Shown here: piece after piece, positions 53,667 through 64,000 of the stretch | How positions within the stretch are numbered: position 1 is the stretch's first letter | How the letters are laid out: each line of letters begins with the position of its first letter | Assembly (NCBI RefSeq): GCF_006345805.1 | Contig: NC_042999.1 | Span: forward strand, 106,020,001 to 106,084,000 | From: Octopus sinensis | Taxonomy: Eukaryota | Length of the DNA stretch: 64,000 bases | Direction: 5' to 3' | Position numbers and translations under genes: made by a program | Notes under the pieces: model-generated | Told to the model about the DNA's origin: nothing | Seen by the model: the letters and a program-made list of their open reading frames with translations, nothing else | The model's database searches: none

Positions 53667-54371
53667 CACACACACACACACAAACATGCAAGAAATGTCG
53701 TGGACGGCCACAACAATATCAACAACACAAATTACAACAATAGCAGAAGTGGGGGTGACAACGATAGCAATAACAACAACAGCAACAACAATAACAACAA
53801 CTACTACGATGGCACACCGTGGGCGAAAGCACGAACACAGACAGATACAGGAAATGTACCAAATTTTCAGGTCTTAGGACAGCAGCAGCACAACGGAGTG
53901 AAAGGATTTGGTTGAGCGGTACGCCATCCTGCTATTAAAAACAATGACACGCACACAAGCATACACACACATGCACACGTACACACACACGCACACACAC
54001 ACGTACACACACACACACACACACAAACATGCAAGAAATGTCGTGGACGGCCACAACAATATCAACAACACAAATTACAACAATAGCAGAAGTGGGGGTG
54101 ACAACGATAGCAATAACAACAACAGCAACAACAATAACAACAACTACTACGATGGCACACCGTGGGCGAAAGCACGAACACAGACAGATACAGGAAATGT
54201 ACCAAATTTTCAGGTCTTAGGACAGCAGCAGCACAACGGAGTGAAAGGATTTGGTTGAGCGGTACGCCATCCTGCTATTAAAAACAATGACACGCACACA
54301 AGCATACACACACATGCACACGTACACACACACGCACACACACACGTACACACACACACACACACACAAAC
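53667..54371. repeat. apparently identical tandem duplication, period 343 bp, bounded by (CA)n
   Basis: caaacatgcaagaaatgtcg at 53681 and 54024; no differences seen by eye. Confidence 0.95.
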
Positions 54372-55433
54372 GCAGACAAAAACCTATTCGCACATAAGGA
54401 TACACATCTTAGAAAAACATGATGAAGTGAATGGACCAAGAGCTCGCACGAAAACGAAAATTGTCGCCGAAGAGGTCACAGACGTGTGACAAAGATTTCC
54501 GGACAATGGACATGAGTGAAAATTAAAAAAATAAGAGCCTTAATAAACGAGTGTGTTTATTTGGCAAAAAAGTGACTATCCCGCAATGCAACAAAATTTG
54601 TTTCAACATACGACTTCACATCAGGAATCTTGCAAAACAAATTGATAAACGTGTATATATATATTAGCACCTACGGACAACCTGCTCATTTGCTCATGTA
54701 CTTATTTAATCACCTGTTTCTGTATGATTATATACTTCCACGCCCTTGTTCTTGCAATTACCAATACCTTACACTTGATATTCTGTACTACTAATAAATG
54801 TGTATATATTCATCTAATTGATTCTAATGCATTCTAAAATATTGGAATAAATTGACATACTCGAATGTTTACCGGCTGATGTCTGTCCATTTTTATCCTC
54901 TCCACTTTCTTATTTGCCGTATAAATCAATGGTAAACCACTTTTTACCCCCGCCCATATATAACAATCAAGTGCAAGATTGCTACGCAATAACTAGCACT
55001 TCGGTATGAAAAATTGGGTACCCTACCAGCAGTATATTGAATAGGTAATATCCCTGAGTTGGTTTCTCAACCTCTATTTCACACAGTTATATATACGCAT
55101 GTTTGTGTTCGTTTCAGAATAACATTTTCTAGTTGTATTTAATCTTTATAGAATCGTGCTTCGGCTTCGTATAAATATATGTAGTGCGACTTAATTATGT
55201 TCCAATTAATATATATATAGAAATTCTAAGAGAAAAGTAATGAATTACATGCTGATCAAAAAATATATAATATTAGAATATGAATTATTCAGAGTATCAA
55301 TCAGTAGGTACTTTTAGTCTTCCTGATCTATGTATATAGGCATAATTTTGTTTGATTTTGTTAGACATGCTACATTTATATGTAACTGATCATTTTAATC
55401 TTCTTCCCCTCTGCATCACTTGTACAGGTACAA

Positions 55434-55668
55434 GGCGGCGAGCTGGCAGAAACGTTAGCACGCTGGGCGAAATGCTAAGTGGTATTTCGTCTGCCGCTAC
55501 GTTCTGAGTTCAAATTCCGCCGAGGTCGACTTTGCCTTTCATCTTTTCGGGGTCGATAAATTAAGTACCAGTTACGCACTGGGGTCAATGTAATCGACTT
55601 AATACCTATGTCTGTCCTTGTTTGCCCCCTTTGTGTTTAGCCCCTTGTGGGTAATAAAGAAATAGGTA
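55434..55668 (+). mobile_element. young tRNA-derived SINE with a 7-bp flanking repeat AGGTACA
   Basis: A-box-like gagctggcagaaacgttagc, B-box gagttcaaattcc; aggtaca at 55426-55432 and 55664-55670. Confidence 0.93.
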
Positions 55669-55818
55669 CATAGCTAGCTGGTGAACTTGATGCGCACATA
55701 CATATGTACATACACATAACTAAGAAGCATAGACACTTTTAGATGTCTTACATATATATATATATATATATACGTATCTATATGTGTGTATATATGTATG
55801 TATACGCATATATACATA

Positions 55819-55866
<48 letters not shown>

Positions 55867-55989
55867 TATATATGCATATATATACATATATATGCGTGTA
55901 TATATTTACAAACATATACAAAATGTATATATAGATGTATGTATGTATAAATATATATATATATATTATATATATATATATATATATTT

Positions 55990-56314
55990 ACCAATAATAA
56001 AGGGTGACATTAATTAATTTAGAAATAATCATCAATTTCACCAAGTAGATTTCGGCATGTAAAAGACCCATTCAAGGAAGGTTTAAGTAATACTAAGTAA
56101 TTAAGGGTTTAGCAACGATTTGCCTCACCACACACCGAATTTAGAAATAGCAGTCAAAAAGCTTTGGCCATTCTTTCTACTTAAAAGGGAGATCCCAGTA
56201 AAACCAAAGCACTTAAAAAGCAAACGACGCCGGTAAAAGAGAAAGAAATGACAAAAATCATTCTATATTAAGTCACCTACGGACGTACGTTTCGGAATTA
56301 AGTCATTGCAGAGC
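55990..56314 (-). mobile_element. (TA)n-flanked PLE pseudo-LTR-like fragment with the 3' half of a hammerhead
   Basis: rc GAAA-CGTACG-TC at 56282-56293 (palindromic stem III, GUC site); 5' half lost in (TA)n. Confidence 0.5.
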
Positions 56315-56361
<47 letters not shown>

Positions 56362-56571
56362 TATATATATAAACATTTCTGTAAAAGTTTCTACCGATAA
56401 TGGTTTTCTTTCCATGCCGAAACTACGTGGTAAAATGTATTAATTATTAAATTAATATTTCTTTACCCTATATCTATACTGATAGATAGATAGACAGATT
56501 GATAGATAGATAAGCAAACACGGTAGTTCTAAAATTTCTCGTTAAGAGAATATTTCCTGATATATAAATAC

Positions 56572-56603
<32 letters not shown>

Positions 56604-59329
56604 GCACACCCACACATATACACACACACACACTCACACACACTCAATCACACACGCATATATATAACGTATGCAGTCATATGCATCGAAATTTAAGAAG
56701 TAATATCGTAAATGGAAATATGCTTTCAATCATATCATATATTAGTATTACTGATGTTTATAGTTGCGAGATTTATTAATACCAGTATTGATATTCTAAT
56801 GTCGATGTAGTAGATAGTCATTATCAATATTCCTATTATATTTGCCATCTGTATTTCAAGTGTTTTTAATTCGTTGGATTGGACAAGTTCAATGTGTAAG
56901 TAATGTCTGTAATATAATAACTACATCATATATTGTTGTGTAAGAGACAAATATTTTTAGTTTGTAATAGATTTTTCCGATATAGCTTTTGCTTCTGTTT
57001 ATTCCGTCTTTTGTCTAAAGAATGGGAAAGACAAAGAATTCTATTAATACTTTATTGTAATATGTTCGGCGCATCTTTGTTACTTCTATTGGAAACTACT
57101 TTGACAGAAGATTAATTTTCATTGTTTCGAAGTTGTACAACTATACTATTGATATAAGATATTGATATGATACTCTGTCATTCTTCATTTCCTTCATATT
57201 TCTCATTTACTTAATCTTTACATCAGTTGTATTACTATTTTTATTTGTATTATTTATGCTTCACCCGATTTTTTAATTCTATTTTCTTTTATTTTTACTT
57301 CCTCTGTGCAATTTTTTCTTATATGCCAACCACTATTTTACAGTATATATTCCGTCTTGTTAATGAGGCCAAACACTTTCAGAGAAGTTATAACATATTT
57401 CTGTTATTAATATTCTGTCCAAAACTACAAAGCCTAAATTACTTCGTAATCTGTGAATAGTACTCCAATCATATCGGTTATCACTTCATTAAAGCATCAC
57501 GTTTATTTTAAAACGTGCCTGCCAGAGATGATACCTTATCGTCTCTTATCCAAAAGCTATAAATCGCATAAATACCAATAAACGATACGTATTACTCAAT
57601 TACAAAATTAACATATACCAATTCAAATCTTGGAAATCATAATTTTGAAAATAATCTATTCAAATACTAAGTTGTGTTATATTGAACAGGAGTGTCATCA
57701 AATGATAGTTAAACGGTGAAAAGTTTTATCACATAATAGAGAAATATTATGAAAGTCGCTTTCCATTTACTGAGTTTTCTGAATGTTATACGACTTAAAA
57801 TTTATAATATATCAGATGTATCGTACGGTATTCTACAGGAATATATAATGAAATCATTAGTATATACTACAAATTCAAATTTAAACTCGAATGCAATGAT
57901 ATTTGTAATAAATGAAATCGGAGGAAGACTTCACATGGGAAATTATTATTTATTATACCAATATTGCAAATATAATTTTTATAATGCGAAAAATATAAAT
58001 ACGCTCTCCGTTATTTCATTACACATATTTCCCAACATGATGTCTCTTTTTTAAAGCCGCAAGTATGCATTATTTGTGTTACCAATCACATTTGCATATA
58101 TGTATATCAGTTAACGGATAAGAAGAAAACACTACTTTGATGGGTAATTCGAACCGTTCATAAAATGTATTTATATGACCGATTTTTCAACAGCTTAAAA
58201 GAGATTTTTAAAATAAATCCCTCTACAAATCAATAATTACAATCACATAATCTTTCTGACCGAATTTCTACCATCTATTCTTACAAAATTTAGATCAACG
58301 ATCGACCTGTAGTGATTTCCTACACATTAACTATTTTCTATAGAAATAGATTATTTGTAGGATGGTTTATTTCATAAGACATTAAAAGGGTTACAACATG
58401 ATGTATCCTTGTTGACATCATAATACACCATATTGTTGTTTTCACACATTATTAGAGAAAAGTGTGAACGAAAGAAAGAAAGAAAAAAGAGAGAAAGAGA
58501 AGGGGAGACACATAATTCTCTTCAGTATTCCTCAAATTAGGAGAGCCGAAATGAGCCTCTCGATGGGAAGTTCTACCGCATCGTGCACAAACTCGAATCG
58601 AATACTACCTATTTTATGGCTTTCAATACTGGAAAATCTACTGATGTCTATATAGTACGATATCTAATTAATTCTGTTAATCATATTATTATCAAAATAT
58701 TGTTAAATTACTCAATGGTCTCGAAAATCATATATGATAACTGAATGATAACATAACTGAGCATGTTATTGAGAGAGATACCAGTAAATATGTTAGTAAT
58801 TCACAAGAGCAGTTTTGATTTAAATGTACTCAGCATTAGTCTAACAGCATTAGTCTTAGTTATATCATTGTTATAGACAAAGGATCTACACTGTTACTAG
58901 ACTTTCACTGAACGGTGGATAAGTGTTTTTATTTGTTGCCAATTTACCGTTTATTAACAGTTCCTTAGAAATACATCCTGAACACAACTCAAGAGAAATA
59001 CCGTAAGTTTGCCAATTTCAACATATTATAAAGCAAACAATGTGTTATATACATTGTTTTCACTTATTAAATCAAAACCCACGGTAAATGAAAGGGAATT
59101 GCGTTTGAAAAACGACAAATATACTACAATCGATTTAAGAGCAATGGAGACGAAAAACCTACTGAAGTTGTGTTTAATATCATTTTACGTTATTTTCCTT
59201 GTGGGAAATCCTTTGTTACCCAAGATTTGTAACATATATAGATGATTAATTTAACCCATATTGTCACCATTAAAAGAAATAATGTATCTACGGTGGCAAT
59301 TCGAAATAGAGTAATTGCTGTCCATGCTG

Positions 59330-59495
59330 ACCCTCAACTCAGCCACATTTCTGTCAAATTACACTGTCATGTTGAAGGAAAAACACGTCACTCAAGGTAA
59401 TCTTACATTTATAACGCCTTAAAGAAAAACGATGTCCTGGATTGGGGTGTCTTTGTTCAGAGGCCATCTCACTCAGGGCTGACCAAGTGATAAAA
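59330..59495 (+). mobile_element. degenerate interspersed repeat (SINE 3' part)
   Basis: gtctttgttcagaggccatctcactcagggctgacc tail recalled as a common octopus repeat; no second copy in the window. Confidence 0.35.
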
Positions 59496-60899
59496 AAGAG
59501 CAGTGCATACAATTTTTTAAGACCATCTTGAAATTACTTATTTTTTCCATTTAGTGTTATTGGTCTTATTGTCATCTGGAATTGCTTGATAATCAAATTC
59601 ACAAACATGAATTAATTCAACATGGATCACAATAACCGAAATACAGATTGAAAGGAGACATTATAACAGCAAGATTGACTCAAATAGGTTTAGTAATGGA
59701 TATATAGTATTCTCTGGAACAATCATGGTTAGGCAAGCTAAAAGTTATTTAAGAAAAGACTTTACCTTAATTATCATTGTTAATACATTATCATTGTTAA
59801 AAATTTACATTAATTATCATTGAAATTATTCTGGATTCCTCGTGAGTACCACTTCTTTCATCTGTGAATATATTCATTTTCCTTAGCCTCAAGTCATCAT
59901 GAACATACAAGAAATAATCTCCTTCATGATGGTCATATGATCGTCATCATCATAGTGATCTTCATAAACATCACCTTTATTGTTTTTATCATCATCTTCA
60001 TCATACTCATCGCCGTAATCGTAACCATAATAACTTATCTAAATACTATCATATTTCAACCATTTTGCTAGTTTCTTTCTGCAAGTAACCTCCATATATT
60101 TAGTTTACGAAAACTTAGCTTTACTTTACAGCAAAGTTTTCGTAGGGAAGACAAGCTTGCCATAAGCCTTCTGCATGTATTTCTACAATCGCTAAAGATC
60201 AAAAGAGAACTTGCATGACTTGCATGATTTAACTGAAAATGAAAGAAAGAAAAGCTAAATCAATAGATTGCAGGATTTATCTTGTAGAGTACCCACAGGT
60301 TGATTGTAGAACACCTAAGTTGCATAGAATATTGCTTGGAAAAAAGTGTTTGATGTCGGAATCCAAAATAGTGTTAGATCATTTACGAAATATTGTAGAG
60401 GCAGATTAGTTTAGTTATTTATAAATGTATATTGCACTCCATAAATTTTTTTTTAAATAACTAAGCCAACATACTGTTCAAAATATTATCGGCATCAGGG
60501 TGATGTGTATATTCAACACTGCTGATTAGATGCGCATAATTCTGATTCTCCCGATACTTTATTTTTATCCTAATTTCAAATGTATAACAGAATATTTTGT
60601 TCAATTTAATTGTGAGGAAGATTTGTCCATAATTTTTTTAAGGTTTGCTTCTTGTTTAAAATTTCCTGTAAGGTATTGATTTTGATGAGTTCGTCTGTAA
60701 TTATATTTTAATAATCATGCACACATCTTCGTGAACTTGAAGCAAAATTGTGTAATAATGAAGTTAGCTCTCTTGGCGACTCAACACTGATCTATTGCTA
60801 TAGTGATAGTGTGTTTATGTATAAAATTTCTGATGTGATGGTCATTATTTCTTCCATTTTCTGTACTGAAACGATACATTTATAACAGCAGGTTATTTT

Positions 60900-61369
60900 G
60901 CTTAATCGGTAAAAAAGAGATACCCTGCACAGAATCTTTGCAGAGTGTACATGCACCAAGCAACCTACGCGAATGTGTTTATACATCCACATCCGTTAAC
61001 GGTTACATTTAGTAATGGTTTCGCTGTATTACGTGTTCGTTTCTCTTTTGCATCTATTATTTTATTATTGATCTATGTAAACGAAGTTAAATCTTTTAAT
61101 TTGCTGCTTTTATTTACGAACTGGCGACTAAGGTTGCGGAACTGTTATTTTAACGAGATATATTTATTTAACACTGGCAGAGACAAATGTTAAGCATCCC
61201 GCCTGTGCGGGATCGATGCTAGATGGGTCGAAACAATTGTAATGATTAACAAAACTTTCCGTATCTTCTATCTTCCGCCTTTCAAAAGACCAAATATATA
61301 AGAAACACTGGGGAAGTGGTCGTGCTTAACCAGTAGAATACTAGGTATATACCATTCGTTGTAACATCT

Positions 61370-61370
<1 letters not shown>
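60900..61370 (+). mobile_element. PLE pseudo-LTR-like block with a degenerate hammerhead, ending in (TA)n
   Basis: CTGGCAGA-gac...long hairpin agcatc-ccgc/gcgg-gatgct...gtc-GAAA-CAATTG-TA at 61174-61241. Confidence 0.5.
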
Positions 61371-61371
<1 letters not shown>

Positions 61372-61424
<53 letters not shown>

Positions 61425-61442
61425 TATATATAGATATATATA

Positions 61443-61507
<65 letters not shown>
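61372..61507. repeat. (TA)n microsatellite
   Basis: direct reading. Confidence 0.95.
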
Positions 61508-61511
<4 letters not shown>

Positions 61512-61712
61512 ATGAAGTTACGACGCCTCCTTGCGGGAGATAGACTGCTTTGAGCTGTGAGTAAAGTATAAATAGTAATGGTCCGAACGGGTTCAAATGT
61601 TCAGAGTTCGGAGTCGAGAGAATTTCGTGTTAATTCGCAGTGAAGTCGGAAGATGCCGGCTAGTTAGTTCAAAAATAATATTGATTGTTGGTTCGTAAAG
61701 AGATTCGTTACA
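61508..61712. mobile_element. possible solo LTR
   Basis: TG...CA ends with imperfect inverted termini tgttatgaa/ttcgttaca and internal TATAAATA; no clear TSD. Confidence 0.4.
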
Positions 61713-62066
61713 TTGTTACCTTGTTATTACTGTGGTCTGGTTATCTTATTTAATATACGTAACAAATATTTGTTGCAAAAATATACATATATGTGTGTTA
61801 GTTCAAAAATAATATTGATTGTTGGTTCGTAAAGTGATTCGTTACATTGTTACCTTGTTATTACTGTGGTCTGGTTATCTTATTTAATATACGTAACAAA
61901 TATTTGTTGCAAAAATATACATATATGTGTGTTAGTTCAAAAATAATATTGATTGTTGGTTCGTAAAGAGATTCGTTACATTGTTACCTTGTTATTACTG
62001 TGGTCTGGTTATCTTATTTAATATACGTAACAAATATTTGTTGCAAAAATATACATATATGTGTGT
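61663..62066. repeat. three tandem copies of a 134-bp unit
   Basis: gttagttcaaaaataata at 61663, 61797 and 61931; one substitution seen (aaagtga in copy 2). Confidence 0.95.
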
Positions 62067-62115
62067 GAGTGTATATATGCACTTACATATTTACATGCAT
62101 GCTTTTATCTATATA

Positions 62116-63348
62116 TTGGGTTGGCAACTAATTTCCTGGTGTTTTTCTTTAATTTACATTTTTTAAAGGGTTTGATAACAAAAAATAACAGCTAATTGAT
62201 CAATAATGTATTCACCCTTGTTGTTTATAACTTCTTCTCAATGTTCACAAAGATTTTCAATACCTCGTTGGTAGAAATTACCCGATTTCGACTCGAAAAA
62301 TTGATCCAACCAAGCTCTCAATTCTGCATTAGCTTTGAACGAAACTCTGTGCATAGCATTTGAAGGCGATCGAAAGAGGTGGAAATCCGTTGGTGCCAAA
62401 TCAGGAGAGTATTGTGGGTGTGACAGCACTTCCCAACCATACGTTTGAATGGCTTCGTTGGTCGTAATGGCGATATGCGGGTGGGCATTGTCGTGCAGCA
62501 GAAGAACTCCATGCTACCGATTAGGTCTTTTTTCTTGAATAGCCGTGTTCAGACGTTCGATCTGTTGAACATAGAATTCCGCGTTGATCGTTTGGTTCCG
62601 TTCAAGCATTTTGTAATGGATAATCCCTTCCCAGTCCCACCATACGCACAACATCGATTTACGCGGATGAAGATCTTGTTTTATGCGCGGTGTCGCTTGT
62701 TTACCGGGGCCAAGCTATTCCTTACGCTGCTTCATATTGATGAACTGGTACCATTTTCCTTCGCTAGTAACGATTCGGTAAAGAAATCGTTGCTTGTGTC
62801 CATCAGTTGAGCGGTGACAAACAAGCAAATCAGCGGAGATTGTAGCTCGTTGATTTTTGTTTCTGCCACTTAAAGCATGCGGAACCCACGCTCCATACTT
62901 CTGAACCTTTCCCATTGAGTGAAGATGCTTCTCTATAGCAGTGTGGGGGCATTCCCTTTTCCCTGCCAGTTCCCCTGTCGCTTGACGAGAAGTTTCGTGC
63001 AAAAGTGTTTAATCGCTCTTCATCGAATTCAACTGGACGGCCAGAACGAAGTGCGTCTTTGAGGTCAAAACTTCCATTTTTGAACTTGGCATACCAATCA
63101 TGAGCGGTTCTTATGCATAGCACTCTCTCCATACATAGCACAAATATTGCGAGAAGATTATGCGGCCTTAGAACCTTGATTAAAAACAAACAGAAGGAGG
63201 TGTCGAAAATACTCGCTTATCTTAACTTGACATTCCATTTTAATGATCTGAAAATGAACAGAAGTGAACTGAAATTAACTAGAAAAAAAGAAACAAAATA
63301 GATTCCAAAATTAAAAAAAAAACGGCGGGAACTTAGTTGTCAACCTAA
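62116..63348 (-). mobile_element. full-length mariner transposon with a disrupted transposase
   Basis: TIRs TTGGGTTGGCAACTAA / TTAGTTGTCAACCTAA; RSGRPVEFDEE, WVPHAL, HDNAHPH and HPQYSPDLAPTDFHLF motifs split across frames; TIR resembles mellifera-subfamily mariners. Confidence 0.96.
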
Positions 63349-63359
63349 TCTATATATGT

Positions 63360-63421
<62 letters not shown>

Positions 63422-64000
63422 AGATGGATAGCTTATTAGCAATTTAACAACCTAAACGTAAATGTATTTGTGTATGTGTGAGTATCTGTATATAATTTAT
63501 TACATGACTACGCATGCACATTTGTTATATATATATTCTAAACGTGTGTGTATGCCCTATAAGCAAAAGTTCTAATGTGTTTAACATATTTTTATACATT
63601 CAGTAAAACCTTTTAATAGTAGCTTCTTCATGAGTAATGTCTCATGATTTCTTCACAAATGTGTCTGTTAGATGGGCTTGCAGAAGAATTTTAATATGCA
63701 ATCCAGTTTCTAAATTCCAAATTTATACTCTAGCGCATTATCTACAATTTTTCAATAGTTCACCATAGATGGTCCCAATTTCACTTTTCGTTAAAGATAT
63801 CTGCTGGGAAATTTGTTTCTATCACTACAGTGTGCACTTACTGTTCCCTAACGGAAAACGTGAAACCGGTGTTTTCGAAAAGTTTTGACTAGTTCATTCT
63901 GTAAATATGTTAATGTTCATCAAAACAATAAAATGTTACATTTTTGTGGAAAAAGTACAGTTGCATAGTAAAATAATTTTACTGTATCACGCCTTTATTG

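Noticed and set aside
61663-62066. Regularly spaced repeats as a CRISPR-like array
   Set aside because: Whole units are identical with no unique spacers; eukaryotic context and no cas genes

Overview
AT-rich, microsatellite-dense animal genomic DNA, most likely an octopod cephalopod (Octopus-like). This is inferred from the tRNA-Arg-headed SINEs, the abundant (TA)n/(CA)n/(TAA)n tracts and the repeat families. No long intact ORF is present; almost all ORF-track entries are microsatellite read-throughs or transposon debris. The window holds decayed Tc1/mariner transposons, R4/Dong-like and CR1/L2-like LINE fragments, a nest of Penelope-like element (PLE) fragments, many SINEs, a probable Helitron and a possible solo LTR. 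Two signals stand out. (1) A family of hammerhead-ribozyme (HHR) modules sits beside (TA)n tracts, including a near-canonical type I HHR at 30312-30393 enclosed by a perfect 47-bp inverted repeat. (2) A chain of short minus-strand exon candidates (17-134 nt) spreads across ~51 kb and can be spliced in frame, suggesting a hidden micro-exon-rich host gene of unknown identity. All calls were made by eye; no searches were run.
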